Assembly: GCF_001194135.2 (NCBI RefSeq)
Contig: NC_068986.1
Span: 44,066,390-44,130,389, forward strand
Direction of reading: 5' to 3'
Source of the DNA: Octopus bimaculoides
Lineage: Eukaryota
DNA length: 64,000 nt
The position numbers were made by a program, and so were the translations under genes. The notes under the pieces are model-generated. The model was given only the letters and a program-made list of their open reading frames with translations. It did no database searches and had not been told where the DNA came from. Shown here in pieces: positions 23,497 through 37,568 of this stretch. How positions within the stretch are numbered: position 1 is the first letter of the stretch; each line of letters begins with the position of its first letter.

Positions 23497-24052
23497 AGTT
23501 TACTCTTTTACTTGTTTCAGTCATTTGACTGTGGCCATGCTGAAGCACCGCCTTTAGTCGAGCAAATCAACCCCAGGACTTATTCTTTGTAAGCCTAGTA
23601 CTTATTCTATCGGTCTCTTTTGCCAAACCGCTAAGTGACGGGGACATAAACACACCAGCATCGGTTGTCAAGCAATGCTAGGGGGACAAACACAGACACA
23701 CAAACATACACACACACACATATATACATACGTATATACAACAGGCTTCTTTCAGTTTCCGTCTACCAAATCNNNNNNNNNNAACCGCTAAGTGACGGGG
23801 ACATAAACACACCAGCATCGGTTGTCAAGCAATGCTAGGGGGACAAACACAGACACACAAACATACACACACACACATATATACATACGTATATACAACA
23901 GGCTTCTTTCAGTTTCCGTCTACCAAATCCACTCACAAGGCTTTGGTCGGTCCGAGGCTATAGTAGAAGACACTTGCCCAAGATGCCACGCAATGGGACT
24001 GAACCCGGAACCATATGGTTGGTAAGCAAGCTACTTACCACACAGCCACTCC
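23497..24052 (-). mobile_element. Family B SINE containing an artefactual duplication at the 10-N gap
   Basis: Near-consensus copy. 23626-23772 is repeated at 23783-23929. Confidence 0.88.
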
Positions 24053-24764
24053 TGCTGATTTTAATATGTATTAAAGACCATTGTTTGATGTGAATGATAT
24101 TTGTGGCAAAGAGTAAACATTATTAAATATAAGAAAGTTTTTGACATGCAGAATGCTCAATATTCTAAACTAAAGCTAAAATAATGTAATCTAATATGAT
24201 GGACTCACCCATCAAAGATGATGTATGAGTGTTCAGCTTTTGTCAAATGACCCTGCACAAATGATTTGTTTTATAGTGATCAAATTATGTGTTGTACATT
24301 AGCTCATTCCTTCCATCAAATCGATGTTGTCTGAACAGGTGCATGCTGTACCATGCATCAGGTGTCGAAGTGATCACAGAGCAATACAAGATGAAGTGCT
24401 TCGCTCAAGAACACAATGCATGACTCGGTCTAGGAAATGAAACCACGATCTCATGATCATGAGTGCAACAGCCTAACCACTAGGTCTGCACACAAAGGAT
24501 ACTTGGAGATACAACTATTAATCATCATCATCATCATGCTAAAGCGAAATATTAAGATATACACGTGTATATATCTGTGTGTGTGTTTGTGTGTACCCTT
24601 GTTTTGATAGCACATGATGGATGTAAATGAGCATCACCATCATACAAGTGAGGTTGTTTATTTCCAGTCTTTCATGAAAAACAAGTCTGGTAATAAGAAA
24701 ATTGAGGTAATATCACCTTGCTTGGAAACAAGGTGAGCGAGGGTGACAGGAAGGGTTGTTGTTG

Positions 24765-25145
24765 TTGGCACTCCGTCGCTTACGACGACGAGGGTTCCAG
24801 TTGATCTGATCAACGGAACAGCTTGCTCGTGAAATTAACGTGCAAGTGGCTGAGCACTCCACAGACATGTGTACCCTTAACATAGTTCTTGAGGATATTC
24901 AGCATGACACAAAGTGTGACAAGGCTGGCCCTTTGAGTTACAGGCACAACAGAAACAGGAAGTAAGTGAGAGAAAGTTGTGGTGAAAGAGTACAGAAAGG
25001 TTCGCCACCATCCCTTGCTGGAGCCATGTGGAGCTTTAGGTGTTTTCAATCAATAAACACTCACAACACCCGGTCTGGAAATCAAAACCATGATCCTATG
25101 ACCACGAGTCCACTGCCCTAACCATTGGGCCATTGCGCCTCCACA
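24765..25145 (-). mobile_element. Family A SINE
   Basis: Same family as 21013-21400. Confidence 0.88.
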
Positions 25146-27091
25146 GACAGGAAGGGTATCTGTCTATAAAAAATCAGCTTCAACAAATTTCATCTAATTC
25201 ATGCAAGCATTAGATGATGATGATGATGATGATGATAACAGTTTTTTTTCCATGTTAGTGTAGGTTATGTGAATGTTATTGAAACATTGTTTTGCAGTTG
25301 GATGTTTTTCCTATCATTAACCCACACCTGTTTTTCATGTAATGATCTCTTATTCTACACATCTTCAAAAACACAAATCCATTAATTATTTTGTTGACAG
25401 GTAAATGGCAGCAAAATTCACTGCTTGTAAACATTCACACAGACATACACATACACATGTATATATCATCACCATCATCATCATTTAACACACACTTTCC
25501 TATGCTTGAATGGGTCTGATGGAATTTGTTGAAGCAGATTTTTCAAAGCCAGATGTCCTTCCTAACACCTACCACTTTACAGAGTGTACTTGGTGCTTTT
25601 TCATGTCACTGGCACTACCGAGATTGCCAAGTAACTTGCAAAACAAAACCTTTGGTTAAAGGAGTGTAGTGTTGAGGGAGGTAGCTTTATGCCAGGTGTT
25701 GCAAGGCAAAAGTATAACAGAGGGACAGGAGCAGAAGATGCATAATATTCTTTAATTCTTTAACACGTTTCAGTCATTTGACTGCGGCCATGCTTGAGCA
25801 TTGCCTTGAAGGGTTTTAGTCGAACAAATTGACCCCAAGACTTGGTCTTTTTTGCCAAACTGCTAACTTACAGGGACATAAACCCACCAACACCTTTTGT
25901 CAAGTGGCGATGGGGGAACAAACACAGACATAAACACACACACGCACATGGCTTCTTTCAATTTCTGCCTACCAAATCTACTCACAAGGCTTTGGTCAGC
26001 CCGACGCTATAGCAGAAGACACTTGACTAAGGTGCCACACAGTGGAACTGAGTCTGGAACCATGTGGTTGGGAAGCAAGCTTCTTACCATACAGCCATGC
26101 TTGCATGTATATGACAGGCTTCTTTCAGCTTCCATCAAATTTAATCAAAAGGCTTTGATCAGCTTGGGATCATAATAGGAGACTTGCTTAAGGACTGTGC
26201 AATGGGACTGAACCCAATATCACATGGTTAGGACACACCAATGCCTACACCTGTATGTGTGTGTGTGATGCGCTTCATATAGTTTCCATCAACCAAATTG
26301 ATTCACAAGACATTGGTCATTACTATTATTTAAAATTGCTTCACTTGGAAAGAGGTGAGGGTTGACAACAGAAAGGGCATCCAGCCATAGAAAATCCAGT
26401 TCAACAAATTCCAGCTGACCCATACAAGCGTGAAAGAGTGGACATTAAAACAATGATGATGATGAGGAAAATAATCTCAGAGTAGTGGAAGTTAAATGTC
26501 ACACAGCTGACACCCTTGTCAGAGACAATAACTAAAAATAATGTTATAGTGCATGTGTATGTTGTGATACTTTGTTCATTAAATTTGAACTAAATTGCTC
26601 ATGACTTATAAAATATTTTATTGCCTTCTGTTACACCAAACTGTAAATGCACAATGTACACTGTACTGGTAAATGTTGAGCAAATTATTATTTGCTGCTT
26701 CTTTTTAAAATATGCTAGCAGATCAAAGTTTCCAATAAATAGATAGATGAATATAAGAAATTCAATATGAATTTCAGATAATTATATGAATGACTGAGTC
26801 TGTAATGTATTGGGAGTCACTGAAGTTTTAGTTTCAACATATTTCAATGAATCAAGGATAAGTATTTTGATCTCAACACTAGCCAAATATTTCTTGAGTT
26901 TGACAACACAACCCATGATAACTGCTTACAAGATAAACTGAATCATTTGAGTGTTATAAACATGGACACAGTATAAAATAATTGACAGAATACAAACCTG
27001 GAAACCCAGTGGTCAATGGTCTTGGTTCAATACCAGCTCAATGAATTGCACTTCATATTTCAAAGTGCTAAGAATTCAAAAAACAAATTAC

Positions 27092-27415
27092 CTTCTTCAT
27101 CGAATTTCTTACGATGTTCATTTTTCACACTGCTAGAGCCTTCCTCGGAATGTTTTGACTTGATATCAGCTAGCTTGTTGCTGTTGTTATATTGACCATT
27201 TCTTCGTTTCTTTTTGCCATTCAAAAATCTGTGAGAATCCTGCATCGACATATGCCTATCATTTGTTCTATTTACATAATTTGATCTTCTGTCAGGATGA
27301 ACATGATTTGAACTATGAGATTCTTCAATTAAATCACTGGACTGAATACTACACTGCCTTAGTCTTTCATTTATAGAACTCATTCCATCCACTGAAGAAA
27401 CCTTTTTATCAAATT
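27092..27415 (-). CDS. Low-complexity linker exon (phase 1 to 1)
   Basis: CTTATTTTCATTTCAG| ... GAAG|GTAATT. 108 codons open: EFDKKVSSVDG...KKFDEE. In phase with 35873-36054. Confidence 0.85.
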
Positions 27416-27605
27416 CTGAAATGAAAATAAGTGTTGTTATGTGTGTGTGAGTGTGTGCAAGTGTATATGTGCGTGCACATACGTGTATGTACATGCATGT
27501 GTAAGAGCGTGTTTATAAATAATGACAGAGAATTTAATGTAATAAATATTAAAAATTGTAACTTTGCAAACACTAAATATGAGAAAAATAATAATGGTAT
27601 TATTT

Positions 27606-27850
27606 TAACCCTTCCACTGCAAAATTAAATTTCCACAAATGATGTTAAATAGCTATCAAAAAAAATAGATTGGTATTTTCTGCAAGTTATGTTGCCTCAA
27701 TAGATTTGACACTTTTCAACAAAAAATACTTTCAAACAGGACATAACTCAACAAAAGACAGATTGGTACATAAAACAAAACTGCTTTCTATAGCTACGGG
27801 TAATAAGATTTTGAGTGGATATATCTGATTTCTGGAGTAAAAGGGTCAAA
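27606..27850. mobile_element. Second piggyBac-like MITE family (also 30608-30847)
   Basis: TTAACCCTT...AAAATTAAATTTC...TGAGTGGAT.TATCTGATTTC...GTAAA(A)GGG in both copies. Confidence 0.65.
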
Positions 27851-28516
27851 ATCTTTGTCATTAATTTACCTTTTAACACCTAACATCAAATCAAAATGGA
27901 ATATTTTGCTTTGTTACACATAAGTAGAAGAAACCTAACTCTGAAAAATGATAACCATTGACAAATTTCAGGAAGCAAGTATCTATGTTGTGGTAAAAAT
28001 GTTTTGTAAAGCAGATAGACAATTATAATTATAATTAAGAGAATGCAAACTTGGTGCATCTTGGTAGCAGGTTCGCCTATGTGATTCAATTTCCCTGTGG
28101 AATTTTATTTCTTTGAAAAATATCATTTTTGCTTTATTTATTTAACAAACATGTTTCATACGCTTTCTGTAAAAGATGCGTATGTTTGATGCCTGCCACT
28201 AACAATTAATTTCACCTCAAGAGGTCACAGTCCAAGGTGGATTCCTCTCCAGATGAAACTACTAGTCATTCCAAAGAATTCAATTTCTAATACCTACAAA
28301 AAAACTGCTACGCTACAAAAACATCTAATGGTGTATTACCTGAAGAAGTAGCATTTTGTGAAAAAATGATCTTATATAATGTTATATAATCTTGCATATT
28401 GTCACATGCCAAATTATATGATGTATCATGGTGTTCATAAAAGTTTGATACGGAAACATTAAATAGTACCCAAAATACTCATTCATTTCATCTTTATTAC
28501 TAATACATATATATAT

Positions 28517-28806
28517 ATATATATAGTTTTAGGGAAAAGAACCAAGGTTCATGAACTCAACGATGAAAATCCACTGTCACATATAGAAAAATTAATAAGT
28601 AAAAGCACAATAAATAAGTATAATATAATGCAAAGTAAATATCATAAGATAATGATAATAAAACGACTACATATGTTTCATAACCAATTTTCAAATAGAA
28701 AGAATATTTAAATCAATTAAAACTATCGAAAATCAATCTACATCTGACAGTGGATTTTCATCGATGAGTTCATGAACCTTGGTTCTTTTCCCTAAAACTA
28801 TATATA
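28517..28806. mobile_element. Element with ~60-bp terminal inverted repeats embedded in (TA)n
   Basis: TAGTTTTAGGGAAAAGAACCAAGGTTCATGAACTCA.CGATGAAAATCCACTGTCA and its reverse complement at the right end. Confidence 0.85.
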
Positions 28807-29415
28807 TTTTATACTGTGAAACTTAATTTAATTTTAATTTTTAATAAATTGAATTTAATTGAGTTTTTACCTGTAAATTTGGATTTTTATCCCTAATATT
28901 ATTATATATATACATATCATTCTGCATGTGAGTACACAAGCTCTTCAGATAAGTTACAATAAAAGTAAGAGACTGACTCAAGCAAAATAAAATATATTAT
29001 TAATTTCATTTTTTTTCCCCAACAGTCAACACTAAATGGATATATATGTATGTGTGTGTGTGTGTGCATGAAAGCACATGGCTCAGTAATTACAGTGTCG
29101 GACTCACAATCATAAGGTAGTGAGTTCGATTCCCAGACCCAACTGTGCAAGTCACTTTATTTCACATTGCTCCAGTTCACTCAGCTATAGAAATGAGTTG
29201 CAATGTCACCGGTCAATATGTATATATATATATGTATATATTTCTACGTGAGTTAGAGGTTGGGAAGCCAACCAACTAAGGGATAGTCCTTATCCAATAT
29301 ACTGCTGGTAGTGTACCCAATTCTTCATATCCAAGTGCTAGTTATTGCGTGGCAATCTTGCAATTGAGTGTTATATATGGGCGGGAATAAAAAGTGGTTT
29401 ACCCTTAATTTATAC

Positions 29416-29524
29416 GGCAAATAAGAAAGTGGAGAGGATACAAAAACAACATACATCAGCCGGTAGACATTCTAACATGGCTGATGTATGTCGTTTTTGT
29501 ATCCTCTCCATTTTCTTATTTGCC
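29416..29524. repeat. 46-bp-stem hairpin abutting (TA)n
   Basis: Arms 29416-29461 and 29479-29524 differ at 2 positions. Loop is 17 nt. Confidence 0.9.
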
Positions 29525-29544
29525 ATATATATATATATATATAT

Positions 29545-29960
29545 ATATATGGAACAGCTGAACTACTGGGAAAGACTTAAAGAGCCACAACTTTACTCCC
29601 TGGAGTGAAGATGGGAGAGAAATGCACTGATATACACATAAAACACCTTGAAGGGGTTGGCACCAAACTTTGGTATCAAGAGCTATACCAGCATCCAAAA
29701 TGGGAAGTTACTGCAATATTTCAAAGGTTCTTAGCTATTCAATGCCTTGCCAAAGCATCTGAGGGATCTTCATGGAGTAGGGGTTAGTGTTTTCAAGAAA
29801 CAACTTCCTGCTGTCCAAGGTCCCAAATGAACCTACATCACAGAAAGAAACTCAAAAGAGGGCAGCAATGTCAAACTCCCTCTTTTTACCAAAAACCAAT
29901 CACATAAGACTGGCCATTGAGAAGATGAATACACTCGTGGTGTGCCAGCATGGCCACAGC
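29545..29960 (+). mobile_element. CR1-group LINE 3' end
   Basis: QLNYWERLKEPQLYSLE*RWER..LFNALPKHLRDLHGV..LLSKVPNEP. Confidence 0.85.
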
Positions 29961-31394
29961 CTTTGGGCTGCAATGCGTAAGAGAATATATCTTTTAAGTC
30001 TTCCCTTTGCTACTAGTTTGATGAAGGAAGCTTTGACTGTGAATGAATGAATGAACAACTAAATTAAGAACACTTTTTCCAGCATTTGTAAGCTGAAAGA
30101 AATGTAAATAAATAATTTGGGTTGACCTAGTTAATTTCCCTCCAATGTCAAACCAGTTTGTCAGACAGAGTAAACTGATTAAGCAAAGAAGTCCTCCTCC
30201 TGTAATGGTAGATGGGCAGGAGCATTCAATTAGGTGAAAGATGTATGACAAACATTAAAAAATATGATTAGCTGACCATCTGCTATTATCACAATACAAA
30301 TAGGTGTTTAGCCTTGAGTTAGGTAAAAATGAAACAAAAAAAAACCTCTGGGGAGAGTTTATTTCAATATTACAACATTTGGAACAATTTGTGAATATTT
30401 TTCCTGCCTTACTCTTGAGTTAAAACATGTCATTTTGCCAAAAGATTCACATTATGATGATCTTCTGCTCTTCTAATTGCAATATAAACTTGCTTAGGCC
30501 TAAATATTGACTTTGGCTAAGAACACTGAATTACCAGTGTAAAGTGATGAAAAGTGCATCAGTAAAGAGAAGTTATCATGCACATGATTGTATATGCAGT
30601 GTTGTTTTAACCCTTTAACTCCAAAATTAAATTTCATGGTTATTCCAGTAATGATGTTAAATGTTTATCAAAAAGTAGAATTGGAATTTTTTACAAGTCA
30701 ATTAACTACAGTAAATTTGACACATTTCAACTGAAAATAATTTCAAACATGACATTCCTCAACAATAGATAGATCGATATATAAAATTGCTTTCCCCCCA
30801 ATGAAATTTTGAGTGGATGTATCTGATTTCCACAGTAAAGGGATTAATAAAATATATGCACCTTACAGTCTAAACAAACTAGATTTTTACTGACATTCTC
30901 TTATATACTGCTTTCTGAATGAAAGAGCATGTGTGTGTATAAAACTATTTTAAAAAAAGGTTGTCTGTAGAAAACCATTTTAAAACACATTACATAAAAT
31001 CAAATATAAAAGTAAATAGAAACAGAAAAAGTTTACAAATGAAACATTCATTTCCTCCACACACATAGTTAACTAGCAAGCAAGTAGGTGATGAAGTACA
31101 CAAACAATGCAAACTTAATGTAATATTTTATTATACAATACATAGTACACAAAAAATTAAGATATAGATAGAACAACAAAACTATATTGATTGTTTATTA
31201 AATTTACATGATACACCATGTCTAGGTGCCAGGACTAAGTTTGAAGTTATAGTGTCTAAATTTATTGAAGACATACAAATGAAAAACAAGTAGAAAACTT
31301 AGACTTTCTAAATATATTTATTTATTTATTATTTCGCTGGGTAGGTAGAGACAGCTAGGAGAGGTTAATTTTTGACCTCTTGAGAGGTCATTTT

Positions 31395-32190
31395 TGACCT
31401 CTTGAAATCAATGGTTGGGATGAAAACATAGCCAGGGAAGGAATTTCAGAGACATGCAATTCTGAAGAAGAAAGATTGAGCAAAGTTAGATCTAGTGGGG
31501 GGTGCTTTACTGTATGGATGACAGGAGGAGAGACAAGTGAAATGCATGGATGTACATGGAAGTGTTATATACTCAGTTAAGTTCAGGAGAGCCATAGACC
31601 ATTGCTTTGTGTTTCTTTTCTTAGAGTAGAAGAGAGAGAGGGAAGACATTTCAACAATGGAAAAGTGGTTGAAGACTGTTGATGACTGAAGATTTGCCTG
31701 TCAAGTGGACGGCGAAATTTTGATGCAGTCCTGAATGTGCATGTGTGTAGAAACTGCATTATCTCAGATGTGCGAGCAGTACTTCAGTGTGGAGTGAACC
31801 TGCACCTTGTATAGGGTGAACAGTGATGCAATCTTCATTGTGGTTATATGTGTAGTCACCACAAAAGGTTATCAGAGATTGAAAGCCTAACATAGCATTT
31901 GAAATAAGTGTGATGGTCTTAGCTGTGTTGTTCACAAGTATTGAGGATGCAGCGCTGTCATTTTTCTCTGAGTTTCGGTGTAGTTGAATGAATGTAGGTT
32001 GTCAACTTTCTTCTGCAGGAGATTTTCAAATGTTCTGTTCATGGAGGATATGCGTGTCTGCAGAGAGAATATACGTCGATGAAGCTCAATTGCAGAAGGA
32101 GAGAGAAAGAGGTGTTCCATCAATATATGCCATGATGGAGCAACATAAGAGGAAACAGCTGTTCAGGTTGTTAGTAAAAGTCTAGAACTG
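31395..32190 (-). mobile_element. CR1/Jockey-group LINE 3' part, degenerate
   Basis: TLYKVQVHSTLKYCSHI..SLQPLFH..HPYSKAPPTRSNFAQSFF..L*NSFP. Confidence 0.8.
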
Positions 32191-34689
32191 CAATAGGCTA
32201 GTCACTAGAACAGATAGGTTAGTAATGGTCAATGTTGATACAAATTGGTTAGGATTTATAAATAAAAAGCGATTTATGTTGGTATACCTTGAGAAGAAGG
32301 AGAGACTAAGGTTTTGGGTAGGGTGCCCTTCAAAGATTCATGTAAAACCATGTTCTACGAGAGGGAGAAAGTAACTTTCCAGGAGGAGTCTGCTACATTA
32401 ATCTTTAATTTTCATGCAAACCTAATATAACTATTTTGTCATCTGCACTATATTTTGATTCATGTTTCCGATTCAACTTCAGCTACAATAATTGAACTCA
32501 CAATTCTTTCTGAGAGGATAATTTTAACCACAAAGCCACATTTGAGAATATAGTAATCAAACAGTGTTCACAATAAAATTACTAAAGTAAGATGAACAGT
32601 AAAATCAATCCGTGTTGGCCATAATCATTTACTTTTTTATCATAAATAAGACTAGAATTGTAGCCTCATATGTTTCTGATTTTATTTTATAACACATTTT
32701 TGTGAAGAACAGCAACTGGGATTTTAAGTTTCCAACAAACCAAGCTCTTTTATGATGGGTGAGAATGACAAGAAACCATTCATGCAACCCATGAAGAACA
32801 AAAATCACAAGAGGTTTTTGTTCAAAAACACCAGTTTATCAATATTCTAGCTAATGTTTACATTTTTTGCAGATGTACATTTGTGAAAGACATGCTCTAC
32901 ACACAGACACACACAATAAGTTTCTGTCTTCAAAATTTCACTCCATGGGCTAATCTAAGTTTATGGTAGAAGATACTTGTCCCAGGTGCAGTGCATCATG
33001 ATTGGATCCAAAACCATATGGTTGCAAAGTGAACTTCTTAAACTTGCAGCCAAATCTGCACCATACAACTATTAATTCCTTTACATAAGCATAAGATTTT
33101 CTATGTAGTTGTGGTGGACTATATATGCTGTTTAGTATAATAATACAATCAGATGACAAAATGCAGAGATGAGTGAGTACAACACAACACTTGGACTAAT
33201 ATGTTGGGGTGCTATTGCTAAGTTAAGAGAAGTGAAAAAGAAGAGGAATAAGAAAGAGAGTGAAAAAAATACACAAATTAAAAGTTAATTGTTTCAAGCT
33301 AATTAAAAAAAATCAGTTGTTGCAAATCAAGTCAATGCTTAATTATAATCAAAAATATTAGTAGTGGTCTACATTAGAGCAAGAAAAAAGTTAGTGGAAA
33401 GCAACAAAAACTAGATCTATTACTACACTGTGAGAAGAAATATTGAACTATTTTACATGCAAGCAAAGTAAACATTACTCGTACATGGTTTATATGTTTG
33501 TTATCTATGATGTAGTTCTGTTAGCACAGAGCATACTGCTACATATTATATAAAGTTTACTTTTCTTTATCATTAGCTAAGTGACAGGCAAACAATTAAG
33601 ACTGATACATTCAAGCTGTTCTTATTGTTGTTCCTTTACTTGTTTCAGTTATTGGACAGCAGCCACACACGAACACTACTTTGAAGCATTTAGTTGAACA
33701 AATCAACCCCAGTATTTTTGTTCTAATAGTAATGCTGAAGATGTCACAGGTACCAAACTGTATCAGCCCAAGTTAGCAGCCTTTCCTCTGGATAAACATA
33801 GGCGACATGCACACAAATACATGATCAAAACTAACTGACTGAGATTTTAGACAAATAATTTTACCTGAGAAATCATACTGTTACACAGTTTTCAAGTACC
33901 TAAACAAGTGGTTCTCAAACAGTCCACCATGGCACATTGATGTGCCTTAATTTTCTAGCATTTAAATTGGCCTGGTCATATCTGGGCCAAATATATTCCT
34001 GTTTTTTTGTTTTTTTTTTTGTACAAACTAGCCAGATCTAATCTCTCATATCTACTCTACAATATCATTCTAAGATAAACAATCACATCATCAAAATCTC
34101 AAAGCCACAAAATAATGCATGATAAATACAAAACAATGTGAATAAATAAGCATTACATTTCAGCATAAGCTGAATGCTAAGGAGTTAAAGGTATCTAAGC
34201 ATGCCGTAGAGTGTAAAAAAATATAATTTAAAGCATTAATAAATAGCAAATCCATATAAATGCCTGACAGCCTTGAAAAAAATGTATTATTCATAATTTT
34301 GCAATTCACAAATATGATTAACAAAAAAAGATAAGCAATAGTTTTCTGAATTTTTTTTTCTAAGTTTTAATTTTCAAACAAATCTAGGTGAATTTGTGAA
34401 TGACAATATTAGTAAATCACAATTCATCTAGCAATACAATTTATCTTACTACAATCTCACTAAAATGTAATTAATTTAAAAGTTGAAATCAAAACATTTT
34501 TACCAAAACAAATTGTAGTAGTGGTGGTGGTGAGGTGGTATGCATGTCGGCATGAGATATTTTGGCACCATCTATTTGGTATCACCAATTCAATGCTGAC
34601 TTCATTTTACATGAAACGTTTTAATGTTACTCCCATTTCCCCTATCTCCTTGTATCTCCATCTATTTATGATGTTTGTATATATGTGTA

Positions 34690-35141
<452 letters not shown>

Positions 35142-35872
35142 CATGTGTGTGTCTGCATATACACACAGGAATATGTTGGTTTGTTTTGTTTCTTACTGTT
35201 TAATAAATTTCTCTTTTAGTTGAACTGTGTTATACGTTAATTGTTGTAGAAACACACACACATACATTCAGTAAACTTCCATATAATTTGTCTACCACAT
35301 TTGCCAGTTTATAAGACACACTCTTCAATGAGACAAGCCCCTACTTTTCTTGGAGCAAAAAACAAAATTATTGTTTCATCACACACTCATACACTCGGTA
35401 TCCCATCCATAATATGGTTGCATTAGAGGCATATCAATTTTTTTTTTATGTGTATGCAAAAAAAAACTCATCTTATACACCAGCATATATGGTACTATAT
35501 TTCACACGTACATAGAATGGTCAGTCAATTGAAGATGACACTTGTCCAAGGAGCTACACAGCAGAATCCAAACTAGAAACACATGGTTGCAAAGTAAAGC
35601 AAACTTCTTAACCATGTAGATATATATATATGTCTTGAGTGTACGTGTGTGTACCTGTATGCATGCACATATATGCATACATACATATATGTGTGTGTGT
35701 AGATACAAACACATACATATACATACATATATATGTATGAGAGAGGTGGGTATGTATGTGTTTACACACTTGTGTGTGAGTGAGTGTGTGTGAATATACT
35801 TAGATTTTAAATGCATATATGATGTTAGATGAAACACAAAGAGAATACAAATTTTAAAAACGACAAACTTAC

Positions 35873-36054
35873 CTCTAACTTTAGGAGTTTTCTTCTTCAG
35901 TTTAGATCCAGTTAGCTTAGCTTCTTTATTGGTTACATAAGCTGGATCAACAAAGGCCACAAATAAATTGTGATTAAGATATTGTGCCTTGTCATATTTT
36001 TCAATAGCCATATAAGGATCTTGTAAGTTAGAAAAATAAAGAAAAGCCTGAGTG
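35873..36054 (-). CDS. RRM2 C-terminal part (RNP1, helix 2, beta 4) (phase 2 to 1)
   Basis: TATATTTTCAG| ... AGAG|GTAAGT. Encodes TQAFLYFSNLQDPYMAIEKYDKAQYLNHNLFVAFVDPAY...KVR. Confidence 0.88.
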
Positions 36055-37568
36055 CTGAAAATATAAAACAAACAAATTTCAGTTTAGACATACAAAATAT
36101 ATATTATTTTGTGTAATAATTACAGTTGTTCCCAGCCTGGAATGCTCGTATCCTTAAGTGTGCAGCAAAGAGGGTAAGTATTTACTTTATTAAAATCACT
36201 TTACAGAATAAATTTAACTTACACTTAAAGATATCTTTGCTATATTATTGTATATCTCATAAGGTGGAGAACTGGCAGAATCATTAGCATGCAGGACAAA
36301 CTGCTTAGTGGCATTTCACCCACCTTTACATTTCTCAGTTCAAATTCTGTCAAGATCGACTTTGTCTTTCATCCTTTTGGAATTAATGAAATAAGTACCA
36401 GTTGAGCACTGGGGTCAATTTAATCAACTTGCACCCTCCTTAACATTGCTGGCCTCATGCCAAAATTTGATACTATTACTGTATATCCCAGCATATAAAC
36501 CACACTTCTTTAATGCATTCAGAAAAGTAACAAACAATTGCTACTTGTCTAATGCAGCCATATTGCATTCAGGTTTTTTCCACAAAATATACATGTAAAA
36601 TAGAGATACATCTTATGATGCAAGACTTTGTCTTATATGCTAGCAAATACAGTGAGCACATCAAGAATTTCATTATTCTACAGAATTGTATGAGGTTCGT
36701 CAAAAAAAAAAAAGTTATTCATTAGAAAATTGAGTTTTTCATCTTTGAGTGCAATATTGCAATATTTTTGTTAGGGATGTGAAAGTAAATGAATCATTTC
36801 CTTGGGGTGTAAGACACAGAACAGGTTAGGAATCACTGAATTAGAGGTATGGTAAAAGCAGAAACCAAACAATTTATATTCTTAACTGTTCCTCCTTTTT
36901 TAACCTTCTTACAGGTTCCAACTACTAGCCTGTTGCCATGCTGAAGGACCAGCAGAACAATTTGTGCTGCTACTCTCTTATTTAGAAATACTCACTGAAA
37001 GTAAACTATGTGGTTCTTTTCACTCATTAATGTCAACTTTACAATATTAATTTTTGTCAAATTTATACATATAGACTAACTATCTCAGCTTATTCTTGAC
37101 AAAAGTGTTTAGAATGTTTAGGTCATCAAGGACTCAAATGACAGTTTTTGACTGCATGATCAATCTACAGAATTAAAGTCATTATGAAAAGCAAAACAAA
37201 AAAAATCTATTTGCCAACAATACATAATAGTCTTTAAAATAACACCATTGAGAAGGGTTCACCAAGGCCACGGCCTGCTGAGAGAACTCGGGTTCATTTC
37301 AGGTAGTCGCCATCCCAATTACCTGTAGATACTATAAACTGCACACCATAACCCAAAAACAAGTTGTTCTATAACTAAACACAGTTGCCTAAACTTGAGT
37401 AGGATTGCACATATCAGCATATCTGTGTATGTTTATATTTCCCAATCTAAAAAAAAAAAAATCCTAATAATATTAGAGTATTTATTATTGTATTAACTGT
37501 TACTTAGTTATTAATACAGTTGTATGCTGTTTATTAGATTGAACTGCAATCTACAGTTTGTTATAAAC

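Noticed and set aside
23626-23929. Identical 147-bp tandem duplication
   Set aside because: The copies sit either side of a 10-N gap inside one SINE, which is typical of unmerged overlapping contig ends.
27886-28093. Hydrophobic minus-strand ORF with an acceptor at about 28093
   Set aside because: There is no strong phase 1 donor, and exons 35873 and 27415 already join in phase.
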